Shown: piece by piece, positions 39,440 to 51,180 of the stretch
How the letters are laid out: each line of letters starts with the position of its first letter
How positions within the stretch are numbered: position 1 is the first letter of the stretch
Assembly: GCF_035084215.1 (NCBI RefSeq)
Contig: NC_090336.1
Coordinates: forward strand, 21,638,001 to 21,702,000
Length of the DNA: 64,000 bases
Reading direction: 5' to 3'
Source of the DNA: Heptranchias perlo
Taxonomy: Eukaryota
Made by a program: the position numbers and the translations under genes
Notes under the pieces: model-generated
Seen by the model: only the letters and a program-made list of their open reading frames with translations
What the model was told of the DNA's origin: nothing
Databases searched by the model: none

Positions 39440-40053
39440 CTGGAGAAACAGAACAACAAGGACCACACTGAATCCCCAAACAACAATTCTTTGGTAAGAA
39501 AACCCATTAATCGCATCAATTCCCAGCCAGAGAGACAGTTTATGGTACTGTGCTACATTGTATTTCATGACTTACACTACCAGCAGCACAAAGCCGCAAT
39601 GTATCATTCTACCCTTAACTTTCTTTCCTCCTCTCCTGATGTCACTGATTCCTGCTGCTTTACAGTTCCATGGGTGCTGGTAGCACTCTAGCATCTTGTC
39701 CAAGCAACCATTCATGCATGATCCTACACCGAGTGTCTGTGCATTATTTGACTGCTCTCCATAATATAAGAAACTCTTATTTATAGCATGAGAGAAGACC
39801 TGAAATGATATTGCTGAAGAATATTAGAATTACATTGGTCTGTTTCTGTGCTGTACAACCTTTCAGCCCAACAGGTCTCTCTCCCTACTTCATCTAACTA
39901 TCATATCCTTCTATTCCTTTCTCCCTCATTTACGTACCTAGCTTCCCCTTAAATGCATCTATGCACTCAAATACTTCTTGTGGTACAGTTCCACATTCTA
40001 ACCACTCTCTGGGTAAAGAAGTTTCTCCAGAATTCTCTTCTGGATTTATTAGT

Positions 40054-41164
40054 CATGATGTGGAGATGCCGGTGATGGACTGGGGTTGACAATTGTAAAC
40101 AATTTTACAACACCAAGTTATAGTCCAGCAATTTTATTTTAAATTCACAAGCTTTCGGAGATTTTCTCCTTCCTCAGGCAAATGTTTCAAGATCTCCTTG
40201 AAGCCTACGCATTTATACATATTGAACAATAATAAATGGTGTTTACAGACTGCCTCTGCAACTGCCCGTTGCCAAGGCAATCACCGTGTTCAGACAGAGA
40301 GGTGTTACCTGCAGAACCTCCGAATACACATTCAATAAAAAAACAAACAGGGAAAAAAAAACAGAGAAAAAAAAACACAGAGAGAGGCAGAAACATCCGG
40401 AAGGCAGAGAGAGCCAGCAAATGACCCATTATATTAAAAACAGATAACATTTGTTCGCTGGTGGGGTAACGTGTAGCGTGACATGAACCCAAGATCCCGG
40501 TTGAGGCCGTCCTCATGGGTGCGGAACTTGGCTATCAATTTCTGCTCGACGATTTTGCGTTGTCGTGTGTCTCGAAGGCCGCCTTGGAGTACGCTTACCC
40601 GAAGGTCGGTGGATGAATGTCCATGACTGCTGAAGTGTTCCCCGACTGGGAGGGAACCCTCCTGTTTGGCGATTGTTGCGCGGTGTCCGTTCATCCGTTG
40701 TCGCAGCGTCTGCATGGTCTCGCCAATGTACCATGCTCTGGGGCATCCTTTCCTGCAACGTATGAGGTAGACAACGTTGGCTGAGTCACAGGAGTATGAA
40801 CCATGCACCTGGTGGGTGGTGTCATCTCGTGTGATGGTGGTATCTGTGTCGATGATCTGGCATGTCTTGCAGAGGTTACCGTGGCAGGGTTGTGTGGCGT
40901 CGTGGACGCTGTTCTCTTGAAAGCTAGGTAGTTTGCTGCGAACGATGGTCTGTTTGAGGTTGGGTGGCTGTTTAAAGGCGAGTAGTGGAGGTGTGGGGAT
41001 GGCCATAGCGAGGTGTTTGTCCTCATTGATGACATGTTGAAGGCTGCGGAGAACATGGCGTAGTTTCTCCGCTCCGGGGAAGTACTGGACGACAAAGGGT
41101 ACTCTGTTGGTTGCGTCCCGTGTTAGTCTCCTGAGGAGGTCTATGCGATTTTTTGCTGTGGCCC
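40054..41164 (-). mobile_element. Penelope-like element, 5'-truncated, inserted in a CR1 3' fragment in LDHA intron 6
   Basis: GIY-YIG ORF 40434-41006; same terminal sequence ...GTCAACCCCAGTCCATCACCGGCATCTCCACATCA; CR1 sequence continues on both sides. Confidence 0.92.
40144..40182 (-). ncRNA. Minimal hammerhead ribozyme motif (second variant), sense to LDHA pre-mRNA
   Basis: TTTGC-CTGAGGA-A-GGAG-AAAAT-CTCC-GAAA-GC-TT-GTGAA on -. Confidence 0.78.
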
Positions 41165-41765
41165 CTTATATTTATGTGACTATCTTATATTTATGGCCCC
41201 TAGTTCTGATCTCCCCCGCAAGTGGAAACATCTTCTCTACGTCTACCCCATCATTAGGACTTGCTGCTTGGACTAAAAAAGACAATTTGTCAAGCTGCAG
41301 AGAAAAATATGTCTCTCACTTGGGTTAATTACTAGATCCAGGCACCATCGAGACTCTGCAAAGATGCAGCAGTATTTTCCACTGATGAACCATCAAATTC
41401 CAACACCCCATTTCACTTTCTATACCGCAATGCACCCACCCTTTCGTCATATCCTCTAAACATTCTCTCCCAGTAAACTTCCAATTCCTGCTTGGTGTGC
41501 ATCCCTCCCTTTTCCCCTAACTTTTGCCAGTTTAAAAGTGCTAATCAAATGCAATTTACAAGCAGATCTTGACCCTCTCAGGAAGCACTCGAGTTTTCAC
41601 GGCATTTTAAAAGCATGAACCAAAATGGACTGTAACGAGCTTCTCTAACAAATTCCGTTTAGAGACCACAGCAGCCAATATGGAAGCCAATGGAGAATGG
41701 CCACACACACACACACACACACCCCGTTTAGAATTTACAATGGGTCTGATTGCTCCAGTCCTCAC

Positions 41766-41883
41766 CTGTCCACCACATCCTTGTGCACCTTCTTCCAGTT
41801 CTCTTTGTCTTTTTCAGTTCCTATATCAGGGTGGAGTTCCTTCAGGCTCACACCTGCAACATTCATGCCACTCCACACAGGCA
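41766..41883 (-). CDS. LDHA: LDHA exon 6
   Basis: cacag|TG...AG|gtgag; 118 nt; [38 protein letters not shown]. Confidence 0.96.
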
Positions 41884-42599
41884 CTGTGATAAAACAAACC
41901 AAGAAGAAAAAAAATGTAGCAGGATTAATACAAAACCAGCACCAATATCCCAACATCCATCACCCTATTATTATACAACACAAAATACTCTCTGCGAGCA
42001 CAAAAGAAGTTTGGAAAGAATCTAACTGCACTCTTGGGTATTCTCCCACAGCTCAGGATAATGGTCTGAAAATGCCACACAGCAAGCATAATGCTTCACT
42101 GAAATCTTAGTGACATACATGGCAAACTTCTGCATTGGGCAACTCATTTCAAACTGTCCAAGTTACAACTGAAAAGCTAATCTGACCCAGTAAGCCTGCT
42201 CCTTCCGTTAGTCATGTATATTCTGCATCGTCATGTATTCTCCCCAACATCTCCTCTCCACCCCCCCACCCCCATGAGTAGGGCATGAATTCATGGTTAA
42301 ACAGGCAAGAGCACAGACTGCTCATTACCCAGGTTCCTTTCAAGTCAGTTTCCAAGGTGTTCGAGGCAGGATCGTGGTTTCTCTATATAGAGACAATGCT
42401 GCATGTGAAAAGTCAGTGGAAGGTTGGACGATGCACCTTGTGGTCACCATCATCTCCTGGAGCTCGTTTTTGATCACACTGGAGAAGAATTTTCCAGAAT
42501 TCTTTTTCCCCTGAATTGGCCTAGGGTTTTTTTTAAAAATCCTTTCCCAGGAGATGACATGGCTGTAGGTGGGAGGGGAGTCATGATGCTTAATTGCAA

Positions 42600-43105
42600 C
42601 ATTGCTTAATCAGCAAAATTGAAGCCCATAGAATAAAAGGGGCAGCGGCAGCATGGATACAAAATTGGCTAAGTGACAGGGAACAGAATAGTGGTGAACA
42701 ATTGTTTTTGGGATTGGAGCAAGGAATACAGTGGTGTTCCCCAGGGGTCAGTATTAGGACCACTGCTTTTTTTGATATATATTAATAACCTGGACTTGGG
42801 TGTACAGGGCACAATTTCAAAATTTGCAGATGACACAAAACTTGGAAGTGTAGTAAACAGTGAGGAGGATAGTAATCAACTTCAAGAGGACATAGACAGG
42901 CTGGTGGAATGGGCGGACACATGGCAGATGAAATTTAAAGCAGAGAAGGGCGAAATGATACATTTAGGCAGGAAGAATGAGGAGAGGCAATATAAACTAA
43001 ATGGTGCAATTCGAAAGGGAGTACAGGAACAGAGAGACCTGGGCATATGTGCACAAATCTTTGAAGGTGGCAGGAAAGGTTGAGAAAGCAGTTAAAAAAG
43101 CACAC
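42600..43105 (+). mobile_element. CR1-type LINE RT fragment
   Basis: [19 protein letters not shown]...KFADDTKLG. Confidence 0.85.
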
Positions 43106-43619
43106 TATCTGTAACACTGTTTAACTGCAGTTACCTTCTTGGAGTGAAACCATTGTGATCCATGATGTAAACTGATCATCCATAGAAATTGGGAATTTCC
43201 AACTCCATTCTGAACTAGACATTGTGTGTTTTTAAACTGACTTACTGAAGCCTTTACTATATTCCTACTACTGAAGATTCCCATCCCCCACCAGAACTGT
43301 AATCTCATACAGGGTTGCTAATTTTGTGCTTCTGTTCTCTAGATGTATGACCCTAGTTTAAGTTCTAGTTAAAACAGATAGATTATATTACCTCAGCCTT
43401 TCAATAACTATCAGATCCCACTGGGTTACACTGAACTCAACAAGAGGCAATTCCAGTGGGAGGGGAGTAACCCCTTGTCCCGTTAATTCTGTGTAACTCA
43501 GTTCAGGGCTACATGCAGCGACAGGTAGGCGCATATCACAGTTCCCGAGTCACACTGTCTCATTACAATTGTAAACAATTTTACAACACCAAGTTATAGT
43601 CCAGCAATTTTATTTTAAA

Positions 43620-43658
43620 TTCACAAGCTTTCGGAGATTTTCTCCTTCCTCAGGCAAA
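43620..43658 (-). ncRNA. Minimal hammerhead ribozyme motif, sense to LDHA pre-mRNA
   Basis: identical to 40144-40182. Confidence 0.78.
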
Positions 43659-45225
43659 TGTTTCAAGATCTCCTTGAAGCCTACGCATTTATACATATTG
43701 AACAATAATAAATGGTGTTTACAGACTGCCTCTGCAACTGCCCGTTGCCAAGGCCATCACCGTGTTCAGACAGAGAGGTGTTACCTGCAGAACCTCCGAA
43801 TACACATTCAATAAAAAAACAAACAGGGAAAAAAAAAGAGAAAAAAAAAACACAGAGAGAGGCAGAAACATCCGGAAGGCAGAGAGAGCCAGCAAATGAC
43901 CCATTATATTAAAAACAGATAACATTTGTTCGCTGGTGGGGTAACGTGTAGCGTGACATGAACCCAAGATCCCGGTTGAGGCCGTCCTCATGGGTGCGGA
44001 ACTTGGCTATCAATTTCTGCTCGACGATTTTGCGTTGTCGTGTGTCTCGAAGGCCGCCTTGGAGTACGCTTACCCGAAGGTCGGTGGATGAATGTCCATG
44101 ACTGCTGAAGTGTTCCCCGACTGGGAGGGAACCCTCCTGTTTGGCGATTGTTGCGCGGTGTCCGTTCATCCGTTGTCGCAGCGTCTGCATGGTCTCGCCA
44201 ATGTACCATGCTCTGGGGCATCCTTTCCTGCAACGTATGAGGTAGACAACGTTGGCTGAGTCACAGGAGTATGAACCATGCACCTGGTGGGTGGTGTCAT
44301 CTCGTGTGATGGTGGTATCTGTGTCGATGATCTGGCATGTCTTGCAGAGGTTACCGTGGCAGGGTTGTGTGGCGTCGTGGACGCTGTTCTCTTGAAAGCT
44401 AGGTAGTTTGCTGCGAACGATGGTCTGTTTGAGGTTGGGTGGCTGTTTAAAGGCGAGTAGTGGAGGTGTGGGGATGGCCATAGCGAGGTGTTTGTCCTCA
44501 TTGATGACATGTTGAAGGCTGCGGAGAACATGGCGTAGTTTCTCCGCTCCGGGGAAGTACTGGACGACAAAGGGTACTCTGTTGGTTGCGTCCCGTGTTA
44601 GTCTCCTGAGGAGGTCTATGCGATTTTTTGCTGTGGCCCGTCGGAACTGTCGATCGATGAGTCGAGCGTCATATCCCGTTCTTACTAGGGCGTCTTTCAG
44701 CGTCTGTAGGTGTCCATCGCGTTCCTCCTCGTCTGAGCAGACCCTGTGTATTCGCAGGGCCTGTCCATAGGGGATGGCCTCTTTGACGTGGTTAGGGTGG
44801 AAGCTGGAAAAGTGGAGCATCGTGAGGTTGTCCGTGGGCTTGCGGTAGAGTGAGGTGCTGAGGTGCCCGTCTTTGATGGAGACCGCACCCATGAGGACGG
44901 CCTCAACCGGGATCTTGGGTTCATGTCACGCTACACGTTACCCCACCAGCGAACAAATGTTATCTGTTTTTAATATAATGGGTCATTTGCTGGCTCTCTC
45001 TGCCTTCCGGATGTTTCTGCCTCTCTCTGTGTTTTTTTTTTCTCTGTTTTTTTTTCCCTGTTTGTTTTTTTATTGAATGTGTATTCGGAGGTTCTGCAGG
45101 TAACACCTCTCTGTCTGAACACGGTGATTGCCTTGGCAACGGGCAGTTGCAGAGGCAGTCTGTAAACACCATTTATTATTGTTCAATATGTATAAATGCG
45201 TAGGCTTCAAGGAGATCTTGAAACA

Positions 45226-45264
45226 TTTGCCTGAGGAAGGAGAAAATCTCCGAAAGCTTGTGAA
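45226..45264 (+). ncRNA. Minimal hammerhead ribozyme motif
   Basis: same motif on the + arm of the 43568-45352 element. Confidence 0.78.
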
Positions 45265-45564
45265 TTTAAAATAAAATTGCTGGACTATAACTTGGTGTTG
45301 TAAAATTGTTTACAATTGTCAACCCCAGTCCATCACCGGCATCTCCACATCATGTCTCATTACAGCAAGAGCTACTGAGGATATTTGACAGCACTATGCA
45401 AAATGACTTGTACCAGCCTGCAGTCATCTTTTGGCAACAGACTGAGGGAAGCAGTGATATAGCTATCTGGTTCCAGGCCAACTGGCTCCAATATGACATT
45501 TGGCCTACTTCAATTTCAACCTTAACCTCTGAAGCATAAATTGGAGCATCTCCTGCAGGCATAC

Positions 45565-45738
45565 CGCTCGAGTCGCCGTGCTCGCCAATCACCCAGCCGT
45601 GACAGCTGGAGCTGTGGATTCCCAGTCTCTCCCCCATTAGGTATCGGAACCGAGCAGAGTCCAGGTTACAGCCGCTGCCAATAACACGGTGCATGGGAAG
45701 ACCACTCAGCTTCCACGCCACGTAGGTCAGGACATCCA
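45565..45738 (-). CDS. LDHA: LDHA exon 5 (catalytic His, substrate-binding Arg)
   Basis: cttag|TG...G|gtatg; 174 nt; [57 protein letters not shown]. Confidence 0.97.
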
Positions 45739-46599
45739 CTAAGAAAAAAAAACGGGGGGAAAAATTATATATAGATTAACCCCTAAACGAACCCCTCAGC
45801 CCACCCCCACCCCAAAACATAACCCCCAACCCTAAACAGAGAACCTCATCCTCTCAATCTGCAGTTTACTGGACAGACTGGCTGCAATTCTCCATTAAAC
45901 TGATACTTTTAACAATTTGTAGTAATAGAGGACATCAGAATCAGTGCTCAGAGTGACCTTCATTTGTTAAGTGTGTCCAAAGGAGATTTACTGCTAAGTC
46001 ATTCCTTCACATTTTAATTCCAGCACTCAAACAGTTAACAGCACAGCCGTTACTCAGTAGGATTGCTGGGAAAGCTCATTTGCCTTCAGGACTAGAGATA
46101 CATTCCTTTTAATCTTTTGTTCTAAAAACAAAACAGTAAATTCCACGGACAATGGGTAGTCTTTGTTGTGGAGGCAATTTCCACCCTGGGCCTTGTGTAG
46201 TTTCCATGGTGATGGTGTTCTGTACTCATACTATGAACAACTTGAACGGTCTCAGATGAGACTTCTGCTCGAGCGAGCTACTGCAGCCTGCTCAGCACAT
46301 TCAACCAACCATCCATTCTGGGAAATCACCCTTCTCTTCCCCCCCCCCCCCCCGCCCCACCACCGGCTCATTATCACTTCTCATTCATACTCCTTTAGCA
46401 GATAACACCCTCTTCCCTCCCTCCCCCCCCCCCCCCCCCCCCCACCATTCTACACATTTTTACTCACTTATGCTCAGAGAGGATCTGCAAGAAACCACTA
46501 AACGTACAGATTGGGGAGGAGGTAGCAGCCCTCTACCTCCTCCCCAATTATAAGGAGGATACATCAACCTGTACGAGAGGATACATCAACCTGTACCAT

Positions 46600-47780
46600 C
46601 GGTACACTGAGCCACACCACCCAGAGGTGCACCGAGGGCTCTGCCACTGAAGCAGAAGCAACAAAAAAGTCCAGAGCTGGAAGAGCAGAGGATACGTGCT
46701 GGCAAGTAGGCCTGGAGAAGGTGCACAAGCAAGGAGGTACTGTCGACAAGAACAAGGATTTTAAATTAAATGCACTGGGGACAGTGAGCCAATTGGGATC
46801 TTGGTGCCAGATATGAAATGGTGTTTGAAGCTCAGGGCAAGGCCAAAGAACTCCAAGGCTTCTGTCAAATTCAGCCAATGGAGGGGGGAGGGAAGAGTTG
46901 GGGGTTGGGAAGATAGGATGCAGACTTTTTGGCAGGAGCCCAGCAGGATGGCTTTGTTTTGTTGATGTTAACTTGAATAAACTTCTGGCTTTTCCACAAT
47001 TTGGCATTAGTCAGCAAAGTGGTGGTCACAGCATTCAGAATGATGGCAGGGTAGTAGAGCTGAGCATCAGCAGTATGCAGAGGAAAACTGACCTTATGAC
47101 TTAAAGAACTAGAGGAAACCTTTTTTTTTTAAACACAGCAAGTGGCGATGATCTGGAATGTACTGCCTGAAAGGGTGGTGGAAGCAGATTCAATAGTAAC
47201 TTTCAAAAAGGGAGTTGGATAAATACTTGAAGGTGAAAATTTGAAGGGCTATGGGGAAAGAGCAGGGGAGTGGGACTAATTGGATAGCTCATTCAACGAG
47301 CCGACACAGCCACATTGGGCCGAATGGCCTCCTTCTGTGCTGTATCATTCAATGATTCTATATGTCATCACCAAGGGGAAGCACGTTAACCAGGAATGAG
47401 AGGGCTTGGTTGTAGAAGAAGCTATCCCATGGATGGACTCGGTGATGCAAGGAATAGCCATTGCAGGAGAAGTACGGGCTACAACGAAACATGTAGGAGT
47501 GGAATCAAACAAAGCTGTGCCAGGGGATGATAATGGGATTGGTCTATCATGACGAATGCTGCAGTCAAGCAAGATAAATAGGAATAGTGTGCCACTGTCA
47601 CAAAGGACGTCAATGACTTTGACCAGAATAAGTCTCTATGCTGTGGACAGGGCAGAAATCAGATTGAAGGGATCTGAACAGGGAGTAATAGGCAAAGTGA
47701 GCATGGAGCTGGGTGGTAATGGCACGCTCAATAACCAGAGAGGTTAGAGATGGAGCAGTGAGGATGGTTGGGCCAAGGAT
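46600..47780 (-). mobile_element. Decayed L2-type fragment with a nested CR1 3' end (about 47110-47360, +)
   Basis: similarity to 26655-27750 and to 21940-22150. Confidence 0.65.
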
Positions 47781-48175
47781 AGGCTTCAGCTACAACTGAT
47801 GCAGTAATGCCCTTCAGTTTTTAAATCTTAAATTCCAATTTAACCAGATCTGTAGTCACATTTTTTTTTTTAAAATCACTTCATGGTAGGTTACAAAAGT
47901 CAGTTTGTCGGGCACTTCCCTTACTTACGATATGGAGGCATTACTTCACAAGTGAATTTGTGTCAATAACAAAGCAGATCTCAAACCATGATCCCTCCCC
48001 GACAGGCTTGAGAAAAGATGGCAACCCTTTTTCCAACTGTGCACCTCCTTGCTTGAGCGCAGCACCTTTTTAAAAGTCGGTATTTTTGAACACAGGAGCT
48101 CATACTCCTAGCCCCACCCTCACAGTGAGCCAACAAGTTCCTGATCCCTCCTGTATAAGGTTGGAAAGCACTCAC

Positions 48176-48349
48176 CTGGGTTCGACACTACCAGCATGAG
48201 GCAGTCAGGGCTGTGTTTGACGACGTTGGGGATGATGAATTTGAAAATGTTCACATTACGCTGAACAAGGTTCAGGCGGCTCTCTCCCTCCTGCTGCCGA
48301 GCACCAGCCGTGACCACAACCAGCTTGGAGCCAGCGGTCACACTGTAGT
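48176..48349 (-). CDS. LDHA: LDHA exon 4 (active-site loop)
   Basis: cacag|AC...G|gtgag; 174 nt; [57 protein letters not shown]. Confidence 0.97.
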
Positions 48350-48788
48350 CTGTGAAATGAACAAGAGGATATTTACACTAACACGAGGCAGGGTTACTCC
48401 CATAGACACCGTTACACATCTCACTGTTATCCTATGAACTCAACAGCTTGTCTGAAAGAACTGCACCACTTTTACCTCCCCATTACACACTACGTGTGCA
48501 AGAATCAAAACATTCTAGCCCCAACCCCTCGTCCCATACACTAAAGCCCCTGCATTACCACCACAGGAGGCTGGCAGATGCACATACTACAAGCCCTCAC
48601 AGAATTTACGGCACAAAAACAGGTCATTTGGCCTAACTGGTCTATGTATGTGTTTATGCTCCAATCTCAAAGCCTGGTCACAAGAGGCCCATACATGCTA
48701 TTTCCAGCATGAGCCCTGGCTAATTCTGTTTTTTTCTCCCCTCCCCACCCCCCACCCACCCACCGCCCGCCCCCAGCCTTCTACTCAC

Positions 48789-48906
48789 CCTTGCCGGCCA
48801 CAATCTTGGGAGTGTGAAGGAAGAGGCTACCATGTTGTAGATCCATCATCTCTCCCTTCAACTTGTCCTCCATTACATCCACCAGAGCCACCTCATCTGC
48901 CAGATC
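48789..48906 (-). CDS. LDHA: LDHA exon 3
   Basis: ttcag|GAT...G|gtgag; 118 nt; [39 protein letters not shown]. Confidence 0.96.
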
Positions 48907-49524
48907 CTGAAACAGGGAACTATGTGAGTCACAACTACATTCAATCAGAGTCAGCTCCCAAGGGCCTCATGCTGCCGTAAACCTTGCACTCCAGTAGTCA
49001 GGATTCGACAGTCATACTATTTCCAGTAAGCTGATCCTAGCCAGGGTAGCAGTATAGGTACTGCAATATGTCTCAGCATCCCTGGGATAGGATGGGGGAA
49101 AATTAACCAAAGTTTCTGTTCCTGATGACATATGTTGGAAAGCACATGTGGCTGTCAGATATCAGGAACTCATTTGGCTGTGATGCCCCCTGTAATGGCA
49201 CAGCCTAGCAAAACACTCCGTCTAGACCACATGGACAAGGTTAGGAACACTCCACCTGCAAGAATCAGTGTCTACAGAAGAGGAGGATAGAAAATGCAGG
49301 GGTGGCAATTGGGGGGAAAATCAAAGTTGGCAACACCATGCAACCATATATGCCCCATGGTGTTCACACTAGGGCAGACCAGATTGCCCATCCTAAGAGG
49401 CCCAGAACTGCAGAAGCCCTACCATTCTCCAATCATGGTCCCCAAAGGCCAGTCTGAAATAAATCAGAATCTCAACTTGCAGCCTAGTAGAAGCTACCAC
49501 ATTATCACCTGACCCCTGTCTTAC

Positions 49525-49653
49525 CTTCATTAAGACGCTGATGGCACATGCCATTCCTACTGCGCCCACACCAACAATTGTTATCTTGTTGTACGATCGC
49601 TCCGCCTGGGAGGTCGTCAAATGCCCGATTAGCTTGTCCTTGAGGTTGGCCAT
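49525..49653 (-). CDS. LDHA: LDHA first coding exon (exon 2), NAD-binding GxGxxG
   Basis: acceptor ggcag|CAAAA-ATG (exon starts 49658); [43 protein letters not shown]|gtaag; the seven exons sum to 1002 nt = 333 aa + stop. Confidence 0.96.
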
Positions 49654-50219
49654 TTTTGCTGCCGAAGGAAATAAAAATTTGTATCAGCTCATCGGTCGCT
49701 TTAACCCAGAAGCTCAGCATCGTAAATCAACCAGGAGAGCAGATTGATATTGGAGCCCAGCCATCACAGCAAAGTGTGCAAGTGCTGGATACAACTACCT
49801 CTTTCTCTTTCCTTTCACTCCTCACAAAAGCACAACGCAAGTCGATGAGGAGTAAACACTATTCAGCCCCTCAACATTTACTTGCTATATGATCTAACTC
49901 ATCCAACTACATCTTGAACTCTCAATATCTCATACTACTATATTGGCTGACAAATTAAATAATAAAGAGTAAAGAATGTTTCCTAATATACTGTTTTGTT
50001 TTAAATTTTAAAAAAATGTATTTCACCAACTTAAATTTACATCCTCTGACCCCACTGCCCTGACTGGCTTGAAGCAATATCTGGGATCAATTTACTCATC
50101 TATACCATTTAATCTTTTATATACCTTGATGAGGTACCCTCAGAACCTACTTTTAAAAGACTATTGAGCTCAAATTTCACTCATCTTTTCCAAACGCTCA
50201 TTCCTTATGATACGAGATT

Positions 50220-51180
50220 TCAGTAAGGCTTTGACATTATGCTACAAGTCCACAAGGCAGGAATGCATGGAATAACGGACATGCTCCCAAGGTGAACTTA
50301 AAGTTTGCAACGGCTGGTTGTGTTTGAAGCTGTCAACACGCCAAAGGATGGTGCCATAAGAATCAGTTCCAGGATTACTGCTGTTTACAGTGTATATATA
50401 AATAATTTAAAGCGAGGGAGAGAAAACACTGCACATGACAAATTTTGGGGGTGGGGCAAGGTTTCAAACAATAAGGAAGAGAGAAACCAAAAATCAAAAA
50501 GGGCTCTACATAGGTTGGGAAGATGGGCTGATGACTGGCAAGTGGTATTTAATATGGACAAACATAATTTAATGAGACTAGGGAAGGGAAATAAACAGTA
50601 CTAATACAAATTAAGTTGCTCTAGGCTACAGAACATAGGAAAGGAATCTGGGGGTGTTGGTGGCTAGCTCCCCAAGGTGGAGAGCACTAATCTCAGGTGA
50701 GAAGTCTTTGCAAAGCACTTGTACTGCCACACGTGGAGTACTGCATACAATTCTGGTCACTGGTTGTAAGGCGATCAGGCACTGGACACAGTACAGAAAG
50801 GGGTAACCAGATATCTAGTTTAAGACATGAATTTTGCAGGGTAGAGAAGCGTAGGATAGTTTACTCTGGAGAAAAGGATGGCTCAGGGAAGATATTATTC
50901 AAGATTCTTCAGGGAATAGGTAAATTGAACCCTAATAATATGTTTGATTGCCACATACTCCAGAATGAGGGGACACAGGCTCAAGCTTAGAAGTGGGAAG
51001 GTGCAGTTTAGACATAACTACGTCATGCAAAGGGTGGTAAATGTGTGGAATGGACTGTCTGGGAGGCAGATTGTGTGGAAAAATTTATGGGAGAATTACA
51101 TATTGGAGAGAGTGAGCAATATGACTAGTGTTAATTTTTTGACTGGCCAAATGGACTGCAGAGACTTTTCCAGTCCTGTT
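50220..51180 (+). mobile_element. Old CR1-type fragment
   Basis: KALVLPHVEYCIQFWS and MRGHRLKL...QRVVNVWNGL. Confidence 0.7.

Larger units (their letters stand above)
43568..45352 (-). mobile_element. Penelope-like element with inverted arms (long - arm, short + arm); 12-bp TSD; LDHA intron 5
   Basis: - arm 43568-~44883 encodes the RT C-terminus/thumb (LYRKPTDN...HP...AIPYGQALR) plus GIY-YIG; + arm ~44883-45352; TSD TGTCTCATTACA at 43556-43567 and 45353-45364. Confidence 0.93.

Noticed and set aside
43909-44892. 327-aa ORF as an autonomous PLE protein
   Set aside because: The ATG comes from the inversion junction and the RT catalytic core is missing.
5186-49653. UEVLD (UEV + LDH fusion gene)
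   Set aside because: The UEV and LDH exons are on opposite strands; the TSG101 exons run to their own canonical C-terminus and the LDH exons form a complete gene.
49505-49720. Upstream ATG as an N-terminal extension of LDHA
   Set aside because: It is out of frame with the LDHA ATG and lies upstream of a good splice acceptor at 49659-49660.
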